Origin: Candidatus Kapaibacterium sp. | GTDB lineage: Bacteria > Bacteroidota > Ignavibacteria > Kapaibacteriales > UBA2268 | Length of the DNA stretch: 64,000 bases | Direction of reading: 5' to 3' | NCBI GenBank assembly: GCA_963665665.1 | Contig: OY762428.1 | Span: forward strand, 2,688,001-2,752,000 | Part shown: positions 1-9,831 of the stretch, piece after piece | Position numbering within the stretch: position 1 is the first letter of the stretch | Layout: every line of letters begins with the position of its first letter | Position numbers and translations under genes: made by a program | Notes under the pieces: model-generated | What the model saw: the letters and a program-made list of their open reading frames with translations, nothing else | What the model was told of the DNA's origin: nothing | The model's database searches: none

Positions 1-1
1 G

Positions 2-571
2 GATGTTGAGATAAATCTTGCTGATTGGTCTAACGCTTTGAGTAAATTGAAATTTACGCCAAATATGGCTTTGTTCAGCACCGCAAGAACTGTTGAACGC
101 GAAGATCTTTTCCACTGGATAGGCCCGATTTGCCGCAAGCATTACCAGTTTTTTACTCTCACGTCATCAGGAATTGATCTGAATGATCTGGAAGATGCAA
201 AAGGGCTTGGTACTGTTGCAACAATGACAGGCTGGGCAACAGTTACGATGCTTGAGGACGAAGGTTTTGATAATATTGTAACCTTGCCAACCGTTCACGA
301 GGTTTTCGCTAAACTGATGGCCGGCGAAGTTGATGCGATTGTAATCAATGATATTGCACTGAAATCAATATGCGACAATTATGGTTGCCTGGTAAATGAA
401 ATAACGGCAGGCCCTAAATTGAGCGAAACGCTGACTTATATTGCCCTTTCGAAGGGTAGCGATAATGAATATATACTAAAATGGACTGATGCTTATAATG
501 AAATGAAACAGGACGGTACACTTCAGCAAATAATTGACGAGTGGTATCCCGGGCTGAATATGGAATTATAA
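2..571 (+). CDS. Periplasmic substrate-binding protein (family 3-like), 5'-truncated by window edge
   Basis: Frame is open from position 2. Motifs STARTVERE..FHWIGPI, GEVDAIV and MKQDGTLQQIIDEW are typical of SBP_bac_3. Confidence 0.75.
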   Translation, partial: DVEINLADWSNALSKLKFTPNMALFSTARTVEREDLFHWIGPICRKHYQFFTLTSSGIDLNDLEDAKGLGTVATMTGWATVTMLEDEGFDNIVTLPTVHEVFAKLMAGEVDAIVINDIALKSICDNYGCLVNEITAGPKLSETLTYIALSKGSDNEYILKWTDAYNEMKQDGTLQQIIDEWYPGLNMEL

Positions 572-727
572 TTATGATGTTGTTTTTGGGATAATGATTG
601 TTAACGGAAAAAGAAGATGTATTGCGCTGAAATATGTGCCGTTAATACATTTTATCGGTTGATTTACTGAATATGGACAAAATATACTTAACAGTTTTTT
701 AAAAAATACTTTTTAAAAGGATTTATA

Positions 728-1441
728 ATGAAATTTACTAACAGGCTTTTGTTGCTTTTCGTATTTTTGTTTGCTTTTACTTTTTGTAGTGATGATTCTA
801 CCAGCCCGGATAACGGAGATTTTGTTGATTATTTCCCCCTGGCAAACGGGGCAGTATGGGAATACGAGTCATTTGAAATAATTGATGGTGAGAAAACAGG
901 AGAATCAGTTACTTATACCATAGAATGTACTTCAGGCTTCAACTTTGCCGGTAAAGATTGCTTTATGTTGTTCAGCAGCGACGATTATGATACAACTTAT
1001 GCCAGAACAGAAGGTTCGCAATTTCTTGCGCTTAATGATTTCGATCCTTCAAACCTGAACTGGGTTGCCTTTGCCGATTTGAACAAATCAAAATGGACTC
1101 CGGTTGAGTTAACTGTTGATAATGAGGAAATTGAAACCGGAACCTTTTTTACGGGTACGATTAAATATGAAGTCACGAGAACTGGAACAGGCAGCTTTGA
1201 TTTCGACGGACAAACCTATGAAACTTATGAATTTTATTTTGAAGTATGGTTTACCGGTGAATATGTGACAGAATTTGGCAGCGGTTCTTACGAAGTAAAT
1301 TCAAAAGTTAAGCAGTCTTATGCAAAAGGCCTCGGCCTGGTAAAAACAGAATTTGTTGACGGAGAAATGAGGCTTGGGGGGGATGTTTATCCGTCTGATG
1401 ATTACGAGGATGTACTAATATCCTATACTCCGGGCGAATAA
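728..1441 (+). CDS. Hypothetical lipoprotein
   Basis: Signal peptide with lipobox-like FTFC; DYFPL..G..W.Y start and YAKGLGLVK end typical of FCB-group lipoproteins. Confidence 0.7.
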   Translation: MKFTNRLLLLFVFLFAFTFCSDDSTSPDNGDFVDYFPLANGAVWEYESFEIIDGEKTGESVTYTIECTSGFNFAGKDCFMLFSSDDYDTTYARTEGSQFLALNDFDPSNLNWVAFADLNKSKWTPVELTVDNEEIETGTFFTGTIKYEVTRTGTGSFDFDGQTYETYEFYFEVWFTGEYVTEFGSGSYEVNSKVKQSYAKGLGLVKTEFVDGEMRLGGDVYPSDDYEDVLISYTPGE

Positions 1442-1460
1442 TATAAAGATGATTTTTATA

Positions 1461-1490
1461 GAAGGGATACTTTTTCAGGTATCCCTTTAT
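1461..1490 (+). terminator. Intrinsic terminator
   Basis: Hairpin aagggatac/gtatccctt followed by T-rich bases, just after the ORF. Confidence 0.55.
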
Positions 1491-1546
1491 TGAAACTACT
1501 CAGCATAAAGGAAAAATATGTAAAATGTTTTAACAATATCAGAAAA

Positions 1547-1635
1547 TGTCACTCTGAACGAAGTGAAGAGCCTATTCTTCATGATTTTATACTAAAAAAG
1601 TGGATTCTTCAGTCACAAGCTCCTTCAGAATGACA
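1547..1635. repeat. Palindromic doublet, GTCATTCTG..GAAGAATC / GATTCTTC..CAGAATGAC family
   Basis: Ends tgtcactctg...cagaatgaca; related copies at 3218-3348, 14460-14590 and 21570-21680. Confidence 0.8.
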
Positions 1636-1748
1636 ATTTTGCAATTATTCCTTTCAAAACAAAATAATATCATATTTGCTGAGTAGCAACCTTTTTTTTG
1701 TTATTTTTCATTTTTTGAATTGATATTAAAATTAATAGCAGGTAAGAT

Positions 1749-2192
1749 ATGAAAGTAATGATCAGCAGGATAAATGAAGAGTTCAACCATTTGCCACTTC
1801 CTGAATATGCAACCGAAGGCTCAGCCGGTATGGACGTTTACGCCGCTATAAATGAAGAAATGCCGGTGGCTCCGGGGTCGGTGGTTATGGTTCCCACTTC
1901 GCTTGCCATTGCCCTTGAACCCGGTTTCGAATGCCAGGTACGCAGCCGCAGCGGGCTTGCCGCAAAGCATGGCATTTTCGCACTGAACGCTCCGGGCACG
2001 GTGGACAGTGATTACCGTGGAGAGATTAAAGTAATTCTTGCTAATTTTTCAAAGGAAGAATACAATATAAAACCCGGCGAAAGGATTGCCCAACTCGTGA
2101 TAGCAAGTTATGAGCATATACAGTGGGACGTGGTTTCCGAACTTCCAGAAACAGATCGTGGTGTAGGCGGATTCGGCAGCACTGGAAAATGA
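1749..2192 (+). CDS. dut: dUTP diphosphatase
   Basis: AGMD, RSRSGLA, GTVDSDYRGEI, RIAQL and RGVGGFGSTG motifs. Confidence 0.97.
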   Translation: MKVMISRINEEFNHLPLPEYATEGSAGMDVYAAINEEMPVAPGSVVMVPTSLAIALEPGFECQVRSRSGLAAKHGIFALNAPGTVDSDYRGEIKVILANFSKEEYNIKPGERIAQLVIASYEHIQWDVVSELPETDRGVGGFGSTGK

Positions 2193-2258
2193 TTTGCTTT
2201 TTTTCATCATCCGGTCACTTCGTGATCGGATGATTCACAACAATTTATATATTTATTC

Positions 2259-2867
2259 TCAGGGCTTGTCGAAGTGGTGGTTATCGTCGTACTTACTGAA
2301 GTTGCCGCCCCAGCGCCAGCCCATCTTTTTGAAAGCCTTTACTATCGGGTGTTCTTCGCTGAATGTACCCGGCTTATCCGGATTATAAACAGCACCCTTT
2401 GGGCTTACTTTACCGCTTTTGTAAACCACGGGGTTGTTGAATGGATTGATATCCACTGCCCTGCCGAAGGAGTGATTCGACAGCCTTTTGGTTCCGGCAA
2501 TAAAGCGGTAGCAGAAAGCCGAGGTATTGTTGTCTGCCATTGATGCATCGTCGCTCCAGTTATATTTTACAATCGGGATGGCCTTATTCACGGGGAATTT
2601 CGATTCTCGTATCATCAGGAATATCTTTTTCACATCGCTTTCGCATTCTTTATGAATTACTAGCTGCCCTCGGTGAAGCCTGCCGTCGAATGAATAATAA
2701 TCAACGTTTAGCAGCATAAGATTGTCAATAACATCCTGCGGGGCTTTCGTTCCTTTTATCGCCTCTTCAAAAGTCATTGCCGAATCAATAACAACATCGT
2801 TTTTAGCGGCGCCGATAAATAATAACCCGCAGATAATGATTATTGTGGAAAGGATATTTCTCTTCAT
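2259..2867 (-). CDS. M15-family secreted zinc peptidase (cell-wall peptidase)
   Basis: Signal peptide; SNHSFGRAVDINP and WRWGG..DNHHF motifs. Confidence 0.85.
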   Translation of the reverse strand: MKRNILSTIIIICGLLFIGAAKNDVVIDSAMTFEEAIKGTKAPQDVIDNLMLLNVDYYSFDGRLHRGQLVIHKECESDVKKIFLMIRESKFPVNKAIPIVKYNWSDDASMADNNTSAFCYRFIAGTKRLSNHSFGRAVDINPFNNPVVYKSGKVSPKGAVYNPDKPGTFSEEHPIVKAFKKMGWRWGGNFSKYDDNHHFDKP

Positions 2868-3034
2868 TTCATTTCCTTATAAATGTGTAATCAAATCAAT
2901 GTACTAAAATATAGATAATATTTGCAATATCAGTCTTCAACTATGCTGAAAGATGAAATAATTTCAACCAGCCTTTCCCAATAATGTCACCTGTAAATTT
3001 CCCCTACCGCTGTTTTGAATGACAACAACACCTG

Positions 3035-3348
3035 TTCCCCCGCCGGCGCCGACGTATCGGGTAAGGGCGGGGTGGACTTCTTAAATAATTCCCCTCGTTG
3101 AGGGGTGGCGAGCGCAGCGAGACGGGGTGGATTCTTTTTCTTTGCCTTCGCACCTTGCACATTTATCCACGCGCTAAAGCACGTGGCTATTGAATTTGAC
3201 GATGATAAGGCCGGAAGGTCATTCTGAGCGCCAGCGAAGAATCCATTCTTAATACCTAATCTGCAAAGAAAGATGGATTCTTCGGTCGCAAGCTCCGGAA
3301 GCCTGCCCCTGCTTGCACCGATTTATCGGTGACGTGTCGGGGAATGAC
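3035..3348. repeat. Cluster of several palindromic repeat families
   Basis: cccctc..gaggggtgg..cggggtgg (3092-3131), ccacgcgctaaagcacgtgg (~3168-3186), and a GTCATTCTG doublet (3218-3348) with a nested insert. Confidence 0.7.
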
Positions 3349-3554
3349 AACATAACACCTCATTCTTTTGCTCAGTTTACCTGTTCTTCCACCCAAATGA
3401 ACAGGCCGTCGGCCTTAATTCCACATCCTGTAGTTTCAATGAACCGGATAATTTCCTTATTTCAACGCTGTTTTGAACCAGAATCCTGATGTTTGGGCTA
3501 ATCGCTTTGTTGGCGTGGTTTTAAACTGACATGTCCGGAGGTATTGAAGCATTC

Positions 3555-3953
3555 TATGGCCTTATTGTAGTGAAATTTGGCCTCATTCCACGCTTGTTTG
3601 ACCTTATCCCACGCTTGTTTGACCTTATCCCACGCTTGTTTGACTTTATCCCACGCTTGTTTGACTTTATTCCACGCTTGTTTGACTTTATTCCACGCTT
3701 GTTTGGCCTCATCCCACGCTTGTTTGACTTTATTCCACGCTTGTTTGACCTCATCCCACGCTTGTTTGACTTTATCCCACGCTTGTTTGACTTTATCCCA
3801 CGCTTGTTTGGCCTTATTGAACATGTTCTTTGCCTCCGAACAAGAGTTCAATGCCTTCAAACAAGGCAGCAATGACTTCGAACAAGGGGTCAATAACTTC
3901 GAACATCAGTACAATGATTTGAAACAGGGCAGCAATGAAGCAAAACATTGCTG
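3555..3953. repeat. 21-bp tandem repeat array with two consensus blocks
   Basis: 11 units of tttgactttatcccacgcttg (3576-3806), then in-register caatgacttcgaacaaggcag-like units to ~3953. Confidence 0.9.
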
Positions 3954-4114
3954 CAATATTCCTGACCCCTCCCAAACCCTCCCCGAAGGGGAGGGCTTTG
4001 AAGAAGAATAAGGCAACAACAGAATAAAACATCAGTACTTTGCTTTGGGACAAGGCAGCAATGACTTCGACTAAGGTAGTAATAACTTAGAACATCGGTT
4101 CTTTGCTTTCGGCC

Positions 4115-4420
4115 CTTCCTACCTCCCCCCGGCCCCCTCCTTCAAAAGGAGGGGGAGTTAATTCTATGATATTTAACTTCTTATCCCCTCCTAAAGTAGG
4201 AGGGGAATACAGGGGTGGTTTTCTTTCTTTGCTTACGACCAAGGCGTCAATTGAATAAAACATCAGTGCAATAGCGTCAACCATTGGTACATAGCTTTCG
4301 ACACTTCCTACCTCCCCCCGGCCCCCTCCTTCGGAAGGAGGGGGAGTTAATTCTATGATATTTAACTTCTTATCCCCTCCTCACGGAGGAGGGGATTAAA
4401 GGGGAGGTTTTCTTTCTTTG
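4115..4420. repeat. Two ~115-bp near-identical palindrome doublets (CCCCTCC..GGAGGGG family)
   Basis: Copies at 4115-4230 and 4306-4420 share acctccccccggccccctcc..ggagggggag-ttaattctatgatatttaacttcttat-cccctcct..aggagggga. Confidence 0.85.
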
Positions 4421-4575
4421 ATTTGGACCAAGGCAGCAATAACTCCTAACATCAGTACTTTGCTTCCGGACAAGACGGCATTATCTCTGAATAATTCCCA
4501 AGCAGAACTGAGGAAGCAAAAGAATCAGAAATTGAGGCAAGAAAAGATTGCTGTTGTTCGAATTTATATCTGCTT

Positions 4576-6021
4576 TCAGGCCGGGCCTTTTCCTCTTCCC
4601 CACAAACTGACAACAATTATTGCCAGGAATGCCAGAACAAAGGAGATGAAACGTACCGAAATAAATGCATCCAGTTCATCGAAAGTTATCCAGATAACTG
4701 TGGATATTGTTCCCGTGATCATTCCGGCAAGAACACCGGCAGCTGTAACTTTTTTCCATTTTAATATCAGCAGTAGCGCCGGGCCGAATGACGATCCAAG
4801 CCCTGCCCATGCATAAGATACAAGCGTGTAAATATATTTTTCGGAACTGTATGCCATGAGAAATCCAATCAAACCAACCAGCAGTGTAATTGCACGACTC
4901 ATTTTCAGCAGGCCTTTTTCGTTAACATTTCTCTTTAGCGTTTTATGATAAAAATCCTCGATAATCGAAGATGATATTACAAGAAGCTGGCTGTCGGCAG
5001 TACTCATCATTGCAGCAATAGCACCACTGATAATAATACCCGCAATCCATGCCGGTAAAAGCTGTGTAGCCATGAAGGGCATAACATGTTCAATATCCGA
5101 AAACTCTCCCCTGCCGTATATAGCCAGCCCGATAATTCCAATCATCATGGCACCAAAGAATGCCGGTATGGCCCATGCAATAGCTATTCTTCGGCCCTGT
5201 TTGATTTCTCCGGGTGTTCGTATAGCCATAAACTTTGTTACCAGGTGGGGCTGCCCCATGTAGCCAAGGCCCCAGCTAAGCCCCCCAACAATCAGGGCTG
5301 CTGCTGCCCATCCGGTTTTGCCGCCACTCAGGCTCATAAAACCATCCCCTGCCGATTCCAGTGCCGCCGCAAGGCTTAGCCCCTGGTCGTTCAGTTCTAT
5401 CAATCCGACAATCGGCAGCACTATCAGGGCAATTATCATAATCAGCCCCTGCACCAGGTCGGTCCATACCACAGCCAGGAACCCGCCCATCATAGTATAT
5501 AGAATAATAATCGAAGCGCCGATGATCATGCCAATTCCGGCAGGTATACCAAATGTTGCAAAAAGTACTTTTCCGGCTGCAAGAAACTGAGCTGCAAGAT
5601 AGAATGTAAAAAAGAAAATTATTATCAATATCGATAAAATTCTTATCGCAGATGAGTATTTATCATCAGCGGAACGGCTGAATTTACTGGCAATAAAATT
5701 CGGCAATGTGATAGAATCATACTTTTCAGTTTGTATCCTCAGGTCCTTTGCTATAACAAACCAGGAGAAAATTATTCCGCCAACGCAGCCAAGAACCGTC
5801 CATCCCTCGGCAAAACCCACAGACAGGGCAGCGCCGGGAAGCCCAAGCAGCAGCCAGGCAGATTCTCCGGAAGTACGTTCAGAAAATGCCACGAGCAGAG
5901 GGTTCAGCTTTCTGCTTCCCAGGAAATAATCCTCGTGTGATTTGTTTTTCCTGTATGTTGCAAGGCCAAATACAAGCATTAAAGTAAGATATAGAATAAA
6001 TCCGAGCAGAGTAAAATCCAT
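4576..6021 (-). CDS. putP: Sodium/proline symporter
   Basis: DYFLGSR, SGESAWLLLGLPG, GGFLAVVWTD, LGYMGQPH and AAMMSTADSQLL motifs. Start placed at MDFTLLG. Confidence 0.88.
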   Translation of the reverse strand: MDFTLLGFILYLTLMLVFGLATYRKNKSHEDYFLGSRKLNPLLVAFSERTSGESAWLLLGLPGAALSVGFAEGWTVLGCVGGIIFSWFVIAKDLRIQTEKYDSITLPNFIASKFSRSADDKYSSAIRILSILIIIFFFTFYLAAQFLAAGKVLFATFGIPAGIGMIIGASIIILYTMMGGFLAVVWTDLVQGLIMIIALIVLPIVGLIELNDQGLSLAAALESAGDGFMSLSGGKTGWAAAALIVGGLSWGLGYMGQPHLVTKFMAIRTPGEIKQGRRIAIAWAIPAFFGAMMIGIIGLAIYGRGEFSDIEHVMPFMATQLLPAWIAGIIISGAIAAMMSTADSQLLVISSSIIEDFYHKTLKRNVNEKGLLKMSRAITLLVGLIGFLMAYSSEKYIYTLVSYAWAGLGSSFGPALLLILKWKKVTAAGVLAGMITGTISTVIWITFDELDAFISVRFISFVLAFLAIIVVSLWGRGKGPA

Positions 6022-6448
6022 AATATCAGAAATAAATTGATCAACAATAATGTCTTCTGCAGTTTTATAAAAGCGTATCAAATAAAATATTGAATTTCAA
6101 AATATTGATAATATGAAATCCAATACCATCATAGGGCAAGTTATAAAAAATGCTTATAATATCAATCAATTAATATTATCAGTTTATGAAAATCGGGATT
6201 TTTTTCACTTAATAAATAAGTTTGCTTTCAAAATCGATTAAGTATTAATTTGTTATATCTGATATATCAATTCACCCAGGCATGAAGGAAGGAAAATCAA
6301 TTCGATAATAACTTTACAGCCTGAACACTACACATTATTGTTAGAAACAAAATTTAATTGATTCTTATCAGGTAACAAATAATTTCAAATCATACAAGCA
6401 TCAAGCAATTCTCGCAAAAATACTTTTTAGCTTTTCCATATCATGTAT

Positions 6449-6474
6449 GTAACTTTTCCCGATTTTCCGTGTAT
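6449..6474 (+). promoter_or_regulatory. Candidate ECF-sigma promoter
   Basis: GTAAC-N17-GTAT about 45 nt before ORF 6518. Confidence 0.35.
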
Positions 6475-6517
6475 ATCTTATTGAGTACAGGAAGAATAAT
6501 ATTGGAAATAGATTAAA

Positions 6518-6850
6518 ATGATAAAGATCAAGGAAATAAATGATTTAGGGTTTGAATCCGCAGAATGGGGGAAGGAACCATCAAAACTGCCGGTAATATT
6601 CAAGCAGGGAATTTTGAAAATCACAATGCCGCTTTGGTTGTTTTACCTGATTGCCAAGGCAATTAATGAGTTGATTGTAAGTGGCGGGATTTCAAAATTC
6701 TTTGATTTTTCAAATATACTATTCTATATTTCTCTGCTTTTTATTCTTTGTATACCGGGATTTATTGCCGGTTTGAATAGTTATAAAAAGCAAAAGGAAA
6801 AGTATGAAGCCAAAAAAACTTTCAGCCAATACATGACTTCTCTCAATTAA
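6518..6850 (+). CDS. Small two-TM hypothetical membrane protein
   Basis: ATG start and two hydrophobic segments. Confidence 0.6.
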   Translation: MIKIKEINDLGFESAEWGKEPSKLPVIFKQGILKITMPLWLFYLIAKAINELIVSGGISKFFDFSNILFYISLLFILCIPGFIAGLNSYKKQKEKYEAKKTFSQYMTSLN

Positions 6851-6944
6851 GCAAAAATGCCGGCCTTTTTTTTTCAACTATTGCAATAATTATTTATTAG
6901 TTTTGTAATTCATAATGTAGATAATAATTTGTGTACTTTTTGAT

Positions 6945-8081
6945 ATGATTATGAAAAACAAACAATTCTTACTGATATTCAGCATATTTACATTTACACT
7001 TTTTGTATTCAGTTCATGCAAAGACTTTGACGAACCGCCCGAAACAGGCCAAAGCGAAGATGAGGAAATTATTGAACCCGGTTATATTTCTGCATTGGAA
7101 CCTGATAACGGCTCTATATGGGATACACTTACTATTCGCGGGGAAAATTTCGGAGAATACACCGAAAACTACGATTACGTGATGATAGATACAATTATGA
7201 TCGATGAGTTTATTAAGTGGGAAGGTGATGTTATTCAGCTTATCGTGCCGGAATTTATCCGCTTCGGCGCTAATAATGTAAGCGTGGTAATTGAAGACAC
7301 TACAAGTAATATTGCCGTATATACTTTGAATCAGACTCAATGGCCCGGATCAATTGAGATGATCGAAATACCTGCCGGCAGTTTTAAAATGGGTGATATA
7401 AATGGTTCCGGTTTTGTAAATGAACTGCCAGTGCATGATGTTACTATCAGCAAAGCATTTTATATTAGTAAATTTGAAGTAAGCCAGGCACATTGGAAAG
7501 CATTGGTAGCAACAAATCCGTCAACTGTCAGGGCTGATTCTCTTCCGGTAAACGGTATTAGCTGGCACGAAGCCGTTGCATTCTGCAATGCGCTATCAAA
7601 GCTTGAAGGACTGACTCCGGCTTATAGCGGCTCGGGCAATGATTTTAAGTGGGATATGGAAGCTGACGGCTACAGGCTGCCGACAGAAGCTGAATGGGAA
7701 TACGCCTGCCGCGCCGGAACGGAAACTGATTTCTACACCGGGAATACTGAAGCCGACCTGGCAAATGCAGCATGGTATTACGGAAATATTGATTTTGATG
7801 AAGTATCAACAACTCATCCCATGGGATTGAAAGACAATAACTCTTTCGGACTTTACGATATGCACGGCAATGTGGCTGAATGGTGCTGGGACTGGTGGGC
7901 TGAATATTCCGCCACCGCACAGACCGATCCAACAGGGCCCGAAACCGGCTGGGGCAGAGTTATACGCGGCGGAGCCTGGAACAGCAAACCGGATTACTGC
8001 CGTTCATCCTTCAGGTTCTATTACCGTCCGCCGGCAGACAGAATTGAATTTGCCGGCCTGAGGCTGGCAAGAAACAAATAA
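6945..8081 (+). CDS. Lipoprotein with IPT/TIG-like and formylglycine-generating-enzyme (SUMF1)-family domains
   Basis: Lipobox FSSC; IPAGSFKMG, YRLPTEAEWEYACRAG, GLYDMHGNVAEWC and RVIRGGAW motifs. Confidence 0.9.
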   Translation: MIMKNKQFLLIFSIFTFTLFVFSSCKDFDEPPETGQSEDEEIIEPGYISALEPDNGSIWDTLTIRGENFGEYTENYDYVMIDTIMIDEFIKWEGDVIQLIVPEFIRFGANNVSVVIEDTTSNIAVYTLNQTQWPGSIEMIEIPAGSFKMGDINGSGFVNELPVHDVTISKAFYISKFEVSQAHWKALVATNPSTVRADSLPVNGISWHEAVAFCNALSKLEGLTPAYSGSGNDFKWDMEADGYRLPTEAEWEYACRAGTETDFYTGNTEADLANAAWYYGNIDFDEVSTTHPMGLKDNNSFGLYDMHGNVAEWCWDWWAEYSATAQTDPTGPETGWGRVIRGGAWNSKPDYCRSSFRFYYRPPADRIEFAGLRLARNK

Positions 8082-8105
8082 TCACTGAAATTATTATTGA
8101 TATGA

Positions 8106-8140
8106 TCATCCGCTGACTTAAGTTGACGGATGATTTTTTT
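8106..8140 (+). terminator. Intrinsic terminator
   Basis: tcatccg..cggatga hairpin followed by a T-tract. Confidence 0.6.
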
Positions 8141-8218
8141 ATTATCTTATGATTGAAAATAAATGAAAATCAGAATAAAATTAATAATACAGAATGTTTA
8201 GTGAAAATGTAAATTAAA

Positions 8219-8512
8219 TTATTCCCATTTTTTTTCAGGGCTTTGTCTTGTATCAAAGAATTTAAGTATTATTATAGTTTCTTTGTTTTTTAATCGATAA
8301 AATACTGTTGTATTCCTTGAAATAACAAAACTTCTAAGATCGTCTTTAACAATCTCAGGTTTGCCTATCCGAGGATGATCTTTGATGGTATCAAGGAATT
8401 TGTTGACATTTCTAACAAATTTAATTGCAGATTTTATGCCCTGATTATCTTCAATAAAATCAACAGTTTTATCAAATGATTGATGTGCCTTTGGGGTCCA
8501 TTTTATTATCAC
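8219..8512 (-). CDS. RelE/ParE-family toxin
   Basis: 97 aa; WTPKA..F, HPRIG, VFYR and FFDTRQSP motifs; overlaps the upstream small gene by 4 nt. Confidence 0.85.
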   Translation of the reverse strand: MIIKWTPKAHQSFDKTVDFIEDNQGIKSAIKFVRNVNKFLDTIKDHPRIGKPEIVKDDLRSFVISRNTTVFYRLKNKETIIILKFFDTRQSPEKKWE

Positions 8513-8751
8513 AGCCAGTCTGCATATTTCTTCAAAACGGTATCATTATCTTTTAAATTCTTCTCAGATTCGCTCTCTTCATAGGATTGCAGCAATTCAT
8601 CTTTTTCAACATCCGATAAAGTTTCCCACAGATCAGATTTTGATCTGTCAAGGATGTATTTCATTTCAGTATAATATTCTTCAAGAAGATTCTTGTTCTC
8701 AATCTTATCTATAAGATCATGCAGGTTTGATTTTAATAGCGCCTTTTCCAT
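8509..8751 (-). CDS. Putative cognate antitoxin
   Basis: 80-aa acidic protein translationally coupled upstream of the ParE-like toxin. Confidence 0.75.
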   Translation of the reverse strand: MEKALLKSNLHDLIDKIENKNLLEEYYTEMKYILDRSKSDLWETLSDVEKDELLQSYEESESEKNLKDNDTVLKKYADWL

Positions 8752-9061
8752 ATCCTATCCTAAATAAACATGATCAATTTTTTTAAATTTTTTTTTCAGT
8801 CCAAAATATTACATCAATATAAAGATAGAAAATAAATCCGTTATATCAAATGAAAATACGAGAAAGAAAACGATTCGACTAGTTATTTAGTATTATCAAC
8901 CAGCCAGGCATCTTCGAATATATCAGCCTTCTTCAAATTTTTTTTCAATTCTTCCCTGTTCCAATCAAGGTCATAATATTCATACCTTTCATAAAGCAGG
9001 ATGTAAGCAGAGTGATGAAACTTTTTCCATAGTTTCCAGGTTTTGGGTGTAGCCTGATTAT

Positions 9062-9646
9062 CTATTGCTTAATGAACCCCATTAATTTTCTAACCTTTTC
9101 GGAATTCTCTTTCGATGTCAGATTCTCAAGTAGCAGGAAAGCAACATCAACAGCCGTTGAAGGATTCCATGAAGTAATTATATTGTCATCAACAACTATT
9201 GACTGATCCAACACATCTACGCCGAATCCTTTCAAAGCCTCTCTGCGGATATCGCTGTGATAAGTTGTGCCGGTCTTGCCCTGCAAAGTTCCGCTTTTTG
9301 CTATAGGTAATGCTCCGACACAAATTGATGCAATCATTTTATTTTCATTTCTAAATTTACGTATTAAATCAAGAAATTTATTATCATAAGCATCATTGTA
9401 AAAACCGTACACCTCGAAACCTCCGGGAATAGCTAAAGCATCAAATGAATTTATATCAATTTCATCAATTGTGTAATCCACAATAAATTTTTGATTGAAT
9501 GTACTTGTAATCTCTTTGCTCAGGCCACAAGTGAACAATTGAGTGGAGCAATCCCCCTCAACATGATTCCAACCAATCACATCGATAAAGGCGCTGGCTT
9601 CAAGTATTTCAAATCCATCAGCTAATAGTAGCAGAACTTTTTTCAT
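9062..9646 (-). CDS. DJ-1/PfpI-family protein
   Basis: GFEILE, DALAIPGG and ASICVGA motifs. Start placed at MKKVLLL. Confidence 0.9.
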   Translation of the reverse strand: MKKVLLLLADGFEILEASAFIDVIGWNHVEGDCSTQLFTCGLSKEITSTFNQKFIVDYTIDEIDINSFDALAIPGGFEVYGFYNDAYDNKFLDLIRKFRNENKMIASICVGALPIAKSGTLQGKTGTTYHSDIRREALKGFGVDVLDQSIVVDDNIITSWNPSTAVDVAFLLLENLTSKENSEKVRKLMGFIKQ

Positions 9647-9831
9647 AATTTTTCTTTCATGTGTTTGGTATTTCCCAAAAAAATAAAATAACACAAATTT
9701 GAATACATATCATAAATTTTTGAATATACCTTGGATGAGATCATAAATATTGAATAATCAAAAATGACATTCGCACCTTCGTTTTCGTGAATAATTGCTA
9801 ACTTGCAATTGAAACAATTTGGAATTAGGAT

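Noticed and set aside
3498-4011. Overlapping repeat ORFs as real genes
   Set aside because: Open frames follow automatically from stop-free 21-mers, and no convincing ribosome-binding site or domain is visible; kept only as a hypothesis.
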